Assembly (NCBI GenBank): GCA_046313635.1
Contig: JBKBYA010000003.1
Coordinates: 64,001 to 128,000 of the forward strand
DNA from: Pyrinomonadaceae bacterium
Lineage (GTDB): Bacteria > Acidobacteriota > Blastocatellia > Pyrinomonadales > Pyrinomonadaceae
Reading direction: 5' to 3'
Length of the DNA: 64,000 nucleotides
Shown here in pieces: positions 1-15,674 of the stretch (its first letter is position 1; each line of letters starts with the position of its first letter). The notes beneath the pieces are model-generated. The model worked only from the letters and a program-made list of their open reading frames with translations, had not been told where the DNA came from and ran no database searches. The translations under genes were made by a program, and so were the position numbers.

Positions 1-2
1 AC

Positions 3-1448
3 CGCTCCGCGATCGTCGTCATGGATCAGATCCTGCAGTTCGGCCCATTTGATAGAAGGGCCGGGCGGCACGCCCAAGATCGCCGCCGCACGGTCAGACA
101 GCGTCACTACATCGCTCTCGGTGTCCCACGACCAGTCGCCGAGTTCCGATGCGGCGAGGGCGACGTTGATCCGCTCGATGGCCGCCCGGAGCTCTTCCTC
201 GACACGCTTGCGGTCGGTGATATCGACGATGCCTGCGACCGTGCGCACCGGCCGTCCGGCGGCGTCCTTGACCAGACGGCCGGAGACGTGGGCCCAAACG
301 ATCTCGCCGTCGGGCCTGAGGTACCGCTTCTCGATATTCCAGCGCTCGGCCTCGCCGCGCAGGATGGGGCCGACGATGGCCATTTCGGCCTCGCGGTCGT
401 CGGGGTGCGTGATCTCGCTAAAAGGCTTCTGCAGCAGTTCGGCCTCGGTGAGACCGGTTATCTCGCAAAAGCGGCTGTTCACCCGAACGAAGCGGCCGGT
501 TTTGGGATCGGCCTGGGCCATCCCGACGCCGGAAAGGTCAAAAAGACTCTTGAACTCGGTCTCGCTCTGATCGAGCTTTGCCTGCGCGGTCTTGCGGTCG
601 GTAATGTCTATGCCGACGCCGTATATGCGGATCGGCTCGCCCGTGTCGGAGTAAACGGCCTCGCCGCGGCCCTCCATCCAGCGGACGCTGCCGTCTGCGT
701 GATAAAAGCGGAACTCGACCGAATAGCTGCGCCGCTCGGCGATCGCCCTTTCGACCTCGCGAAACACCGCCTCGCGATCATCCTCGTGCACCAGCTCGTA
801 AAAAGCATTCTCGTTCGAGGCGAATGTTCCGTGCGGCAGCCCGAAGATCTCCTCGAGGTCCTCGCTCCACCAGACGACACCGGTCCGCATATCGCGGGTC
901 CACGCGCCCATCCGGCTGCTCCGCATCGCGAGCGTCAGGATCGCCTGGTTCTGAATGAACGCCTCCTCGGCCGCCTTGCGTTCGGTGATGTTGCGGATGA
1001 TGCTGACGATAAGGCGCTCGCCGCCGACCTCGGAGCTGGCCGAGCTGACCTCGACCGGAAACCGAGTGCCGTCCTTTCGGATATGCACGGTCTCGAACCG
1101 GATGCCCGCAGCCGTGGCCTTTTGATACTGCTCTTCCAGATCGGGAAGCGTCTCGGGAGCTCGAAGGTCGCGGATCGTCTTTGAGAGAAGTTCGTCGCGG
1201 CTGTAGCGATATTCGCTCACGGCCGCCGGATTGGCCTCGATGATCCGTCCGGTCGAGGGTTCGATAAAGAGGATCACGTCGCGTGCCTGCATCAGGAGCA
1301 AGTGATACCTGTCTCGGATCTGATCGGAGGCGTCGGCTGGTGTGCAGGCCTCTGTTGTCGACCCGTTCGCGGACGGGTCGGCAGCCGGATCTCCGGCTGT
1401 CCCGCTCTTGGGGACCGCGGCCCTCCTTCCCTTGTTCTTGCTGGTCAT
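3..1448 (-). CDS. Multi-PAS/PAC sensor protein (probably histidine kinase or similar), 3' end outside the window
   Basis: Not in the ORF track because it has no stop in the window. My translation from ATG 1448 gives MTSKNKGRR...DVILFIEPSTGRIIEANPAAVSEYRYSRDELL...HIRKDGTRFPVEVSS, a PAS/PAC signature. The + strand ORF 21..1184 is its in-register antisense shadow. Confidence 0.85.
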   Translation of the reverse strand, partial: MTSKNKGRRAAVPKSGTAGDPAADPSANGSTTEACTPADASDQIRDRYHLLLMQARDVILFIEPSTGRIIEANPAAVSEYRYSRDELLSKTIRDLRAPETLPDLEEQYQKATAAGIRFETVHIRKDGTRFPVEVSSASSEVGGERLIVSIIRNITERKAAEEAFIQNQAILTLAMRSSRMGAWTRDMRTGVVWWSEDLEEIFGLPHGTFASNENAFYELVHEDDREAVFREVERAIAERRSYSVEFRFYHADGSVRWMEGRGEAVYSDTGEPIRIYGVGIDITDRKTAQAKLDQSETEFKSLFDLSGVGMAQADPKTGRFVRVNSRFCEITGLTEAELLQKPFSEITHPDDREAEMAIVGPILRGEAERWNIEKRYLRPDGEIVWAHVSGRLVKDAAGRPVRTVAGIVDITDRKRVEEELRAAIERINVALAASELGDWSWDTESDVVTLSDRAAAILGVPPGPSIKWAELQDLIHDDDRGA

Positions 1449-1568
1449 TCCCACCCTGTCACTCTGAGGTCAAAAGCACCTTTATTGTAAGGTTTTTGTC
1501 CGCCGAATCAAGCATTTGGCGATGCCGCCGGATGCCTCTCACCCAAGCTTCAAGGGTCCGAAAAAAAA

Positions 1569-1598
1569 GTTGACAACAACGCACTCAACCTTTATCAT
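1569..1598 (+). promoter_or_regulatory. Sigma70 promoter of the dnaK operon overlapped by a HAIR-like HspR operator
   Basis: TTGACA (1570-1575), 17 bp, TATCAT (1593-1598). GTTGACA-N7-ACTCAAC (1569-1589) resembles the HAIR consensus CTTGAGT-N7-ACTCAAG, and an hspR-like gene lies in the same operon. Confidence 0.75.
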
Positions 1599-1665
1599 CA
1601 TCCCAGGCTCAACAACATATTAGTTCATAACGAGCGAAGTCATTTTAATCAGGAGATAAGACAGG

Positions 1666-3609
<1,944 letters not shown>

Positions 3610-3755
3610 TCGGTAAGCAGTGAGCGGCAAGCGGTGGACCGAGACCGTTCACTGCTGCCGCTTTTCTGTGAACTTTTTTTGACAACTGTGCGGCTTGCCG
3701 CGAGCGGCGAGCGGCGGACCTCGGTCCGCCGCTCTTTGGCTCAATCGATCGTGAA

Positions 3756-4919
3756 ATGGCAGCGAAAAAGGACTACTACCAGATACTCGGTATAAAAAAG
3801 GACGCCAAGGCTGACGAGATCAAAAAGGCGTACCGCAAGCTCGCGCGCAAGTATCATCCGGACGTCAATCCGAACGACAAGGCCGCCGAGGAAAAGTTCA
3901 AAGAGGTCCAGGAGGCGTACGACGTTCTCTCGGACGAAAAGAAGCGAAAGGTCTTTGACCGCTTCGGCTATTACAACGACAACCTCGATCCCGACGCGCC
4001 CTTCGGCGCCGGTGCCGCCGCCGGCGGCGCGGGAGCTCCGGGATTCGACTTTTCGGGTTTCACATGGGACACGGGAACGACGTCCGGCGGGTCTAGCTTT
4101 CGAGATATATTTTCGGATCTCTTCGGCGGCGGGGCCGGGGCTCGCCGCGAACCCGAACCGCCGCGTCCCGTTCCGAAGAAAGGCCGCGATATCGAGATCC
4201 CGCTGGCGCTGAGCTTTGAAGAGGCGTTCAGCGGTCTGACCACAAACATCACGGTCGAACGCAGCGAGCAGTGCTCGCGCTGCCAGGGAGCGGGCGATAC
4301 GGGCGGACCCGTCGTCACGTGCACGACCTGTAAGGGTACGGGCCAGGTGATGCGTACCGGCGGACGGCTGCAGTTCTCGCAGGCCTGTCCAGACTGCGAA
4401 GGTACGGGCCGGCGTCGCACGCCGTGCAGCCTGTGTCACGGCAAGGGCGTTACGCCAAAGACCGAGCAGGTCAAGGTGCGGATCCCGGCCGGGGTCGATA
4501 CGGGCTCGCGAGTCCGCGTTCCCAAGAAAGGTCACGGCGGTCGACTCGGCGCCGAGCCCGGCGATCTATACATCGTGACGAATGTCGGCAAGCACCGCTT
4601 TCTCGAGCGCCGGGGCGACAATGTGTACGTGACCGTCCCGATCACCGTGCCGGAGGCCGCGCTCGGCGCCAGGATCGAGGTGCCGACCGTCGAGGGCCGC
4701 GCGCAGCTCCGCGTGCCGCCGGGTACCGAGAGCGGGCAGAAGTTTCGCCTCCGCGAGCGCGGGTTCCCGAGTTTGCGGAACCCGAATCTGCGGGGTGACG
4801 AATTTGTCGAGGTCAAGATCACGCTGCCAAAAGTGATCTCTGAAGAAACAAAACAAACTCTCCGGGAATTTGAAAAGCAAAACCCCGAGAACCCGAGAAA
4901 GGCGATGGGGCTGGAGTGA
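3756..4919 (+). CDS. dnaJ: Chaperone DnaJ
   Basis: J domain with HPD, G/F-rich linker, four CxxCxGxG repeats, C-terminal substrate-binding domain. Confidence 0.97.
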   Translation: MAAKKDYYQILGIKKDAKADEIKKAYRKLARKYHPDVNPNDKAAEEKFKEVQEAYDVLSDEKKRKVFDRFGYYNDNLDPDAPFGAGAAAGGAGAPGFDFSGFTWDTGTTSGGSSFRDIFSDLFGGGAGARREPEPPRPVPKKGRDIEIPLALSFEEAFSGLTTNITVERSEQCSRCQGAGDTGGPVVTCTTCKGTGQVMRTGGRLQFSQACPDCEGTGRRRTPCSLCHGKGVTPKTEQVKVRIPAGVDTGSRVRVPKKGHGGRLGAEPGDLYIVTNVGKHRFLERRGDNVYVTVPITVPEAALGARIEVPTVEGRAQLRVPPGTESGQKFRLRERGFPSLRNPNLRGDEFVEVKITLPKVISEETKQTLREFEKQNPENPRKAMGLE

Positions 4920-4924
4920 CGGGG

Positions 4925-5070
4925 AAGTTGCGAAGTTTCGAAAGTTGCGAGGTTTCGAAAGTTGCGAGGTTTCGAAAGTTGCGAGGTTTCGAAAGTTGCG
5001 AGGTTTCGAAAGTTGCGAGGTTTCGACAGTTGCGAAGTTTCGAAAGTTGCGAAGTTTTGAAAGTCGCGGA
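4925..5070 (+). repeat. 17-bp tandem repeat AAGTTGCGAGGTTTCGA, 8 copies plus a partial
   Basis: Units start at 4925, 4942, 4959, 4976, 4993, 5010, 5027, 5044; partial at 5061. No spacers. Confidence 0.97.
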
Positions 5071-5077
5071 CTGACTT

Positions 5078-5449
5078 ATGGCGAAGTTCGACGGGTTTGA
5101 AGATATACAGGCTTGGCAGAAAGCGTACGAAGTCACGCTTCAGGTATATCGGATAACCGACAATGGCTCCTTCGCGAGAGATTTCGGCTTGAAGGACCAG
5201 ATCAGGCGTGCCGCCGTTTCCGTGATGGCAAACATCGCCGAAGGACACGGCCGCAAAAGCAATATCGAATTTGCCAATTTTTTGAATATGGCCCGCGGAT
5301 CAGCTCACGAGGTTCAAAGCCATCTGCATATCGCCGTTGGACTGGGCTACATCGAGCGGCCCGAATTTGAGGCGATCTACGCCTCACTGTCGGAAATCTT
5401 CCGGATGACCTTGGCGCTTGCACGGTACCTTAGGGAAAAGGGGAACTGA
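5078..5449 (+). CDS. Four-helix bundle protein (23S rRNA IVS-protein-like family)
   Basis: FEDIQAWQKA...DFGLKDQIRRAAVSVMANIAEG...FLNMARGSAHEVQSHL is characteristic of this family. Confidence 0.93.
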   Translation: MAKFDGFEDIQAWQKAYEVTLQVYRITDNGSFARDFGLKDQIRRAAVSVMANIAEGHGRKSNIEFANFLNMARGSAHEVQSHLHIAVGLGYIERPEFEAIYASLSEIFRMTLALARYLREKGN

Positions 5450-5460
5450 CCAAACTCCGA

Positions 5461-5497
5461 CCTCGCAACTTTCGAAACTTTCGCAACTTCGCAACTT
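5461..5497 (-). repeat. Inverted, shorter copy of the upstream 17-bp array
   Basis: CCTCGCAACTTTCGAAACTTTCGCAACTTCGCAACTT is the reverse complement of the AAGTTGCGAGG/AAGTTTCGA units. Confidence 0.9.
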
Positions 5498-5505
5498 GAA
5501 AGCGT

Positions 5506-5916
5506 ATGAAAAAACGGGTCAAAACCTACACGATCAGCGCGGTGGCGGAGATGTATGACATTCACCCGCAGACCCTTCGGCTCTATGAACGCGAGGGGCT
5601 GCTCAAGCCTTCGCGCTCGGACGGCAACACGCGTTTGTATTCTGACCAAGACCTCGAGCGGCTCGAGATCATCCTCTCTTTGACGCGCGACCTCGGCGTC
5701 AATCTCGCGGGCGTCGAGATCATCCTCAATATGCGGCAGAAGATGAACGACATGCAGCAGGAGTTTGAGCGCTTCTTCAATTACATCCGAACGCATGCCG
5801 GTGAATTCTCTCCCGGAGCGGACGCCCTTGCCGGCTCCGAGGCGCTCATACCTGTCTCACGCATGCGGGCAGTCGCGGCCACCCGCCGGACAAAAGTTCC
5901 TCCCGATTCCGAGTAG
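5506..5916 (+). CDS. hspR: MerR-family heat-shock repressor HspR
   Basis: YTISAVAEMYDIHPQTLRLYEREGLLKPSRSDGNTRLYS...LGVNLAGV; follows dnaK-dnaJ. Confidence 0.9.
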   Translation: MKKRVKTYTISAVAEMYDIHPQTLRLYEREGLLKPSRSDGNTRLYSDQDLERLEIILSLTRDLGVNLAGVEIILNMRQKMNDMQQEFERFFNYIRTHAGEFSPGADALAGSEALIPVSRMRAVAATRRTKVPPDSE

Positions 5917-5942
5917 CGGACGTCAGCGCCCGGCAGGACCTC

Positions 5943-5973
5943 AAAGGCTCGCTCGACGGGCCTTTTATTTTTT
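5943..5973 (+). terminator. Probable intrinsic terminator after hspR
   Basis: AAAGGCTCG-CTCGA-CGGGCCTTT stem followed by a T-rich run. Confidence 0.6.
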
Positions 5974-6087
5974 GCCGGCCAAAAAAGGCGTCGCACACGC
6001 GGACGCTTCGTTGCAAAAGCCGCCGATACCGGATAAAAATACAAGCTTCGGTCATTCGACCTACACCCATAGCTCAGGAGTAAATTG

Positions 6088-9000
6088 ATGAGAAATAAGT
6101 TCCGCAGCGTCTTGCTGTGCATCGTCACGGCCCTGGCGTTTTCACTCTCGGCCTCATCCCAGGACCTCGACGATGTGACCATCGCCGGCAAGGTCACCGA
6201 CTCTAATCGCCAGGCGGTCGCGGGCGCAACGGTCACCGTCACGTCCGTCGACTCAGGCTCGACCCGCACCGTGACGACCGACGACGAGGGACGATATCGC
6301 GTCATCGAACTCAGGCCCGGCAACTACCGGGTAAAGGTCGAATCGCCCGGCTTCGGCGTCCAGGAAAAGATCGACATCCAGACCATCTCGGGCCAGAACG
6401 TCCAGCTCGACTTCACGATGCTGCCCGCCGGGGTTACCGCTCAGCAGACCGTGACCGCGGCGGATGACGACGTTCCGGCCGTCGACTCGACGCGCACGGT
6501 GGTCGGCGGCACCGTCGGCCAGCGCGAGGTCGAGGAGCTGCCAAATACTAGCCGGGACGCTCTCGACCTGATCTTTACGCTCGGCGGCGTGACCGAGGAG
6601 CCGCTGTCGACGCGAGATCTCTCGACCGACAAGGGCGGCAGGGGCGAGACCGCGCCCCGCAATTCGCCCGAGGAGGCGGGCGTCTTCTCGCTGAGCGGCG
6701 GCGCGGCCTACTCTAACAACATCACGATCGACGGGCTGGACAACAACGACGATCGCGTCGCGGGCTACCGCTTTCAGCCGTCGATCGAGTCGATCGCCGA
6801 GGTGCAGGTGATCAACAATCAGTTCTCTGCCGAATACGGGCGAGCGTCGGGCGGCCGCGTGAACATCCGCACCAGGGCCGGCGGCCGGAAGTTTCGAGGG
6901 CGCGCTTTCTACTTTTTCGGCGACGAGAGCCTCAATGCAAACTCGTGGAGCAACAACCGGCGCAACGTGCCTCGCTATCCCTTTCAGCAGCATATCCCCG
7001 GATTTACTTTTGGCGGGCCGATACCGGTCGGGTACTTCAAGAACAAGACGTCTTTCTTTACGTCGTACGAGTACGATTACATTTACGACACGACGATCAC
7101 CGATACCTGGATCCCGCTCGCTCCCAACCCGCGCTTTCCGCTGCCCGCGCCGACGTCGAGCGAGACGATCACTGACTTTGGCAGTCCGCTCGGCCGTTAC
7201 GTCGACGGCAGCGACACGCCGCGAAAGGTACATCGCTTTACCGCACGCGGCGATCATAACTTTACCGGCAATCACTCGATCACGGTCGGCTACCAGTTTG
7301 GCAAGACGAACGACAAGCGGCAGTTCAACGGCGGCAACCGTCTCGCCGAGGCGCTCATCGGCCGCAGAAGCAATACGCACGCGATCAACTTCACGGACAA
7401 TCTCGTGCTCAGCGCAAAGTCGGTGAACCAATTCCGCTTCCAGTGGTCGAGGCTCTCGCCCGCCTTCGTCGCGTCGGGGCAGTTTACCAATCCGGTCGTC
7501 CTGATCAGTTTTCGCGAACCAGGGCTGACCTTTAATACGACGCTCACGTCGGGCTCGTCCACGCTCGGCACGTCCGACCGGCGCGAAGAGCGGATGCAGT
7601 TTCAGGATACGTTCACACACATCGTCGGCAGCCACTCGCTGCGGTTCGGCTTTGACGTCCAGCGCGTTGACTCGACCTACATCGATCTGAGCGACGCGAC
7701 GGGCACGTATAACTTCGCCGACCCGCTGTCGACCACGACGGTGCCCCAATGCCTGACCAATCCTTCGCAGCCGCCGGGGCCGAGCAATCCGCGCATTCGC
7801 GGCGGCGTCAACACGTTTCCGCGCAGCTGCGTCACGCGCTACCGGCACAATTTTTTCACCAATTCGGACATAACCAATACCTACTCGGGCTTTTTTGTTC
7901 AGGACGATTGGCGTCTGAACGACAGTCTCAATCTCTCATTCGGACTTCGCTACGAGCGTGAATCGGTGGTCGACGACAACAACAACTGGGGGCCGCGTGC
8001 AGCCGTGGCGTGGTCGCCGTGGGGCGATCGCAAGGGCGTCATCCGTTTCGGCGCCGGCATCTTTTACAATCGAGTTCTGCTTCGAACGGTCGACGATTAT
8101 CGACGCGGCCAGAACGAGATCATCTTTGACACTAATCGCGTCACGACGACCGGCAACGCCCGCGACGTCTATCTGCGGGCGCTGAGCGATATGTTCCCCG
8201 CGGTGCTGACGCCGGATCATCCGCTCGTGCAGCAGTACATCGCCGCGGGCCTCAACGACAACAGCTTTTTCCGGAGCCTCGATCCAAATATCAAGATCCC
8301 GGAGAGCTATCAGTTCAATCTGGGCTTTGAGCGTGAGATCGGCGGAGGTTTTGTCTTTGAGGCGAATGCGACGCTCAACAAGACCGTCCGTCTGTGGCGT
8401 GAGACCAATACCAACGCTCCGGTGATACCGGCGGGCTACACCGATCTCGCCGACTACCTCGTCCGCGGGATAACGACGGGAACGACGCGCTTCGAATTTG
8501 CCGGTGTCACGGCTCCGCCGTCCAGGGTCGACGGCGGCGTGACCTACTACAACCTGAACGACCAGGGAACCTCTACCGCATCGACCACGCCTTACGGGCG
8601 AGCGCTTGCGATCGCCGCCTCTCTTAGGCCGAGACCTTCTGTCGGGCAGACCGAGGAGGTCGGTTCGATGGGCAGCTCTTACTATCGCGGATTCATCTTT
8701 GAACTTCGGCGCCGAATGAGAAAGCTCGGCTACGGCTTTGGCGGCTCGCTCCGCGCCGTCTACACGCTGTCGTGGACCAACGACGACGGCATCGTCAACA
8801 CCTCCTCGGCACAGATCCCCGGAAACTTTGACGCCGAGTGGTCGCGCAGTCTGATCGACCGCCGTCACCGGTTAGCGCTGTCGGGCACGTTCGATACGCC
8901 GTGGTGGCTCGGCCGGCTCAGGTTTTCGCCGCTCGTTCGGATAGCGTCGGGAGCACCATTCAACATCTCGAACGGCGGCGAGACATCGGACGATCGGAAT

Positions 9001-9420
9001 TTGGACGACGTGAACAGCGACCGCCCAAACTTTGCAGGCGATCCGAACAATATCAACTGGCGTCGGGTCACCGATCCTTTCGACGTCTCGCTGTTCCGGC
9101 AGTTCTCGCTCGCCCCGATCGGCCGGGCGGGCAACCTGCCGCGAAACGCCGGGCGCGGCCCCTCGCAGTTCATTTTTGACCTGAACGTCAGCCGTGAGTT
9201 CAAGTTCGGCGAGAGGGTCAAGCTGCGGCCGTCGGCCGAGATCAACAACGTGGGGAACTGGACCGTTTACAGCTACGGCTCGGAATTCATCAATTTCCCC
9301 GACGCCAGCCCGACGTTGACCGACGACCAGATACGGGCGCTGCAGCAGAACGTCTTTTTGGTTCCGACGAGATCGCTGCGGCCTCGAACGATAAGGTTTG
9401 GCCTGCGACTGGATTTCTGA
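6088..9420 (+). CDS. TonB-dependent receptor with N-terminal carboxypeptidase-regulatory-like domain (Oar-type)
   Basis: Signal peptide; IAGKVTDS..GATVTV; NNITIDGLDNND; FSAEYGRASGG; FVQDDWR; terminal GLRLDF. Confidence 0.93.
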   Translation: MRNKFRSVLLCIVTALAFSLSASSQDLDDVTIAGKVTDSNRQAVAGATVTVTSVDSGSTRTVTTDDEGRYRVIELRPGNYRVKVESPGFGVQEKIDIQTISGQNVQLDFTMLPAGVTAQQTVTAADDDVPAVDSTRTVVGGTVGQREVEELPNTSRDALDLIFTLGGVTEEPLSTRDLSTDKGGRGETAPRNSPEEAGVFSLSGGAAYSNNITIDGLDNNDDRVAGYRFQPSIESIAEVQVINNQFSAEYGRASGGRVNIRTRAGGRKFRGRAFYFFGDESLNANSWSNNRRNVPRYPFQQHIPGFTFGGPIPVGYFKNKTSFFTSYEYDYIYDTTITDTWIPLAPNPRFPLPAPTSSETITDFGSPLGRYVDGSDTPRKVHRFTARGDHNFTGNHSITVGYQFGKTNDKRQFNGGNRLAEALIGRRSNTHAINFTDNLVLSAKSVNQFRFQWSRLSPAFVASGQFTNPVVLISFREPGLTFNTTLTSGSSTLGTSDRREERMQFQDTFTHIVGSHSLRFGFDVQRVDSTYIDLSDATGTYNFADPLSTTTVPQCLTNPSQPPGPSNPRIRGGVNTFPRSCVTRYRHNFFTNSDITNTYSGFFVQDDWRLNDSLNLSFGLRYERESVVDDNNNWGPRAAVAWSPWGDRKGVIRFGAGIFYNRVLLRTVDDYRRGQNEIIFDTNRVTTTGNARDVYLRALSDMFPAVLTPDHPLVQQYIAAGLNDNSFFRSLDPNIKIPESYQFNLGFEREIGGGFVFEANATLNKTVRLWRETNTNAPVIPAGYTDLADYLVRGITTGTTRFEFAGVTAPPSRVDGGVTYYNLNDQGTSTASTTPYGRALAIAASLRPRPSVGQTEEVGSMGSSYYRGFIFELRRRMRKLGYGFGGSLRAVYTLSWTNDDGIVNTSSAQIPGNFDAEWSRSLIDRRHRLALSGTFDTPWWLGRLRFSPLVRIASGAPFNISNGGETSDDRNLDDVNSDRPNFAGDPNNINWRRVTDPFDVSLFRQFSLAPIGRAGNLPRNAGRGPSQFIFDLNVSREFKFGERVKLRPSAEINNVGNWTVYSYGSEFINFPDASPTLTDDQIRALQQNVFLVPTRSLRPRTIRFGLRLDF

Positions 9421-9440
9421 TCCCGCTTTCAGATCGAAAG

Positions 9441-9595
9441 AGAGGCTGTCTGAAAAGGCAGCCTCTTGTTCGTTTGGCTTGACGCGGCTTCGCGCTTCCA
9501 TCTCTTCGAGGCCGTGCCTCTCCCGAGGACCGAGGCTTAGCCTCCGGGATGCGGCGCTGCCAAATGCAAAAGGCTGCTCTTTTCGGACAGCCTCT
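9441..9595. repeat. ~155-bp REPIN/MITE-like element bounded by inverted palindromic units
   Basis: Left AGAGGCTGTCTGAAAAGGCAGCCTCTTG; right (reverse complement) AGAGGCTGTCCGAAAAGAGCAGCCTTTTG; a third unit at 60614-60638. Confidence 0.65.
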
Positions 9596-9727
9596 TTTGC
9601 GGAGGCAAAAGTGGCTGTCAAATTGACCGATTCCGGCGCCGCGGCGGCCCGAAAAGGTGGTTATCAACCGACGGCCGGTATGGTAGCTTATTTATGGCTT
9701 TCGCCCTCGTCCCCCGCCCCTCGCAGT

Positions 9728-10492
9728 ATGAACCAGGCAGTCGATAGGAATTCCGTCCCGTTTACAGAAGTGTCGGTCGAGTCTGTACTGCTCGACGCCG
9801 ACCTTTTTATCAAGTACAGCTCGCCCGACAAGGCATTCTCGCTGCTGCGCGAGTCGCTCGACCGCAGCCCGCGCTCGATACCGCTTCGCGAGAAGATGCG
9901 CGACCTGTGCATCAAGCAAAAAAATCTCGAGGAGGCCGCCAAGCAGTGCCTCGCGCTCGTCAGTCTCTACATCGCTCGCGAGGATTTCAATATCGCTTAC
10001 GACCGCCTGCAAGAGGCGAAGCTGCTCGACCCGCGCATCTCTGTCGCGCCCGGCCTCGAGGCGATCCGCCGTGCCCGCCGGCCCGAATTCTCGACCCGCG
10101 ACAAGGTGCCGCAAAAGGTTCGCACCGATGTCACGTTTGCCGGCAACCTGAGCTACGTGTCGATCTTTGACGCCGTGCAGGTGATCGAGAATTCAAAGAT
10201 GACGGGCCTGCTCGTCATCAAATCAGACGTGCATTTTGCGAGCGTCTCGTTCAACGAGGGCAAGATCGTCGACGCCGAATGCGACGGCAAGAACGGTCAC
10301 AAGGCGTTCAAAGACATCATCGAAATATCGGTCGGCACGTTCGAATTTACGACCTCCGAACACGAGTTTATCGTCGTGATAAACGTCTCGAGCAATACGA
10401 ATTTTATGCTCGACGTCCTCACCGAGCTCGACAACGAACGAGCCGAAGCCCAGGGCCTCAAGGAAAAAGAACCTGAATCGATCGAGTGGTAG
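9728..10492 (+). CDS. DUF4388 (PatA-N-like) domain protein with N-terminal TPR-like helical region
   Basis: FAGNLSYVSIFDAVQVIENSKMTGLLVI..FNEGKIVDA matches DUF4388. Start moved to ATG 9728 because the longer ORF runs through the repeat element. Confidence 0.8.
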   Translation: MNQAVDRNSVPFTEVSVESVLLDADLFIKYSSPDKAFSLLRESLDRSPRSIPLREKMRDLCIKQKNLEEAAKQCLALVSLYIAREDFNIAYDRLQEAKLLDPRISVAPGLEAIRRARRPEFSTRDKVPQKVRTDVTFAGNLSYVSIFDAVQVIENSKMTGLLVIKSDVHFASVSFNEGKIVDAECDGKNGHKAFKDIIEISVGTFEFTTSEHEFIVVINVSSNTNFMLDVLTELDNERAEAQGLKEKEPESIEW

Positions 10493-10533
10493 GCAACGGC
10501 CGCCCAAGACACACCCAAGCGAACGCGAGCTTG

Positions 10534-10613
10534 ACCGCAGATGACGCGGAGAGCACGGATCAAGAGCAGAAACATTCCGTCTCTTGATCCGCGCTTTCTG
10601 CTTTGTCCGCGGT
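10534..10613. repeat. Long imperfect intergenic inverted repeat built from ~9-bp subunits
   Basis: GCGGAGAGCACGGATCAAGAG (10546-10566) pairs with CTCTTGATCCGCGCTTTCTGC (10581-10601). Confidence 0.65.
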
Positions 10614-10825
10614 TTATCACGCCGGCGGTGGAAGACGACTTCGCACGTTCGACGCGCCCGACGTCTCTCGTAGTGCTCCCAACAGCCGCCGCCACGCTCC
10701 GAACTTATGCATTTTCACGGTCAGAGCGAGCCGGAATTCGGGCCGCGTTTGGTTGACTTCGCCGCCCTTGACCCACAAAATATAGGGCTGTCCAGCAGGA
10801 TAAGCCCATTTACAAGTACTAAAAG

Positions 10826-14659
<3,834 letters not shown>

Positions 14660-14791
14660 CGGCTAAAAGGTGACGCGAGCCTTTGTGCTCGGTCGGTTCA
14701 TTTTGGATCTGGCGAATGCCGCGGCCGAACTTGACCTCTCGCCGCGGCATCGAAGTTTGTGGCTGAACGCGGGGGCTGCGGCGATGTATCG

Positions 14792-15628
14792 ATGTTGAGA
14801 GATTCTCGGATCACCAGTTTGTTTTTGTGCGTCGCGGCTGCGGTATTGCTTGCCGCGGCCGCGGCACACGCGCAGACGACCAAGCGAAACTCTCGGCCGC
14901 AAAACCCCGCAGCTCCTGCGACCAAGCCTTCGCCCACACCTGCGGCCGCGACCGATCCGTCGGCGCCGAGCGGCACAAACGCACCCGAGAAGAAGAACGG
15001 GCGCCCGGCAGACACGCGTTCGAGATCGAACGCGGCGCCGTCGCCGAGCGGCACGCGCTACACGTACGAATTCTCGCGGCCCGAATTTCCCGTCCCGCAC
15101 GTCCTGATCGTTCACGACGAGACCGGAAAGGGCACGATCACCTTTGCACGGAAAGGCTCGGACGACGAACAGACCGACCCGGTCGCGCTTGCCGACGCGA
15201 CCCTGAAAAAGATCAACGACGCACTGGCCGCGCTCGACTTTTTGGACTCGACGGCAAACTACCAGTACGAAAAGGATTACTCGCATCTCGGCAGCATCAC
15301 GTTTACTTACCGCAAGGCAGACCGCGAGCGGACGGTCAAATTCAACTGGACGACCAACGTCAACGCCCGCACGATCGCCGACGAATATCGCAAGATCTCA
15401 AACCAGTACGTCTGGCAGTTTGATATGGCGGTCGCTCTCGAAAATCAGCCGCTCGAGGCACCGAAGCTGATGGACACGCTCGACAGCTTCCTCCGCCGCG
15501 GCGAGATCTCAGACCCGCCGCAGATGCTGCCGCTGCTGAAGCGGCTCGCGAATGACGAGCGCATTCCGCTGATCGCACGCAACCACGCCGCCAAGCTCGC
15601 CGCAAAAATAGAGAAGGACAAAAAATAA
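14792..15628 (+). CDS. Secreted hypothetical protein with Pro/Ala-rich linker
   Basis: Signal peptide ending AHA-Q, low-complexity linker, then a globular domain; start codon uncertain. Confidence 0.75.
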   Translation: MLRDSRITSLFLCVAAAVLLAAAAAHAQTTKRNSRPQNPAAPATKPSPTPAAATDPSAPSGTNAPEKKNGRPADTRSRSNAAPSPSGTRYTYEFSRPEFPVPHVLIVHDETGKGTITFARKGSDDEQTDPVALADATLKKINDALAALDFLDSTANYQYEKDYSHLGSITFTYRKADRERTVKFNWTTNVNARTIADEYRKISNQYVWQFDMAVALENQPLEAPKLMDTLDSFLRRGEISDPPQMLPLLKRLANDERIPLIARNHAAKLAAKIEKDKK

Positions 15629-15674
15629 GGCGGCGCACACTAGCGCCGCCGATCTCAACTTGATCGAGCCGTGG

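Noticed and set aside
21..1184. 387-aa + strand ORF
   Set aside because: In-register antisense shadow of the PAS sensor on the minus strand.
4925..5070. CRISPR array
   Set aside because: Units are head-to-tail with no unique spacers and there are no cas genes.
5078..5449. Diversity-generating retroelement (Avd-like gene)
   Set aside because: No reverse transcriptase in the window and no TR/VR pair; the duplicated gene tails differ mostly at synonymous sites, not specifically at adenines.
6000..6015. Sigma54 promoter for the first TonB-dependent receptor
   Set aside because: GG-N10-GC spacing is present but the -24 element (CGGACG) matches TGGCAC poorly.
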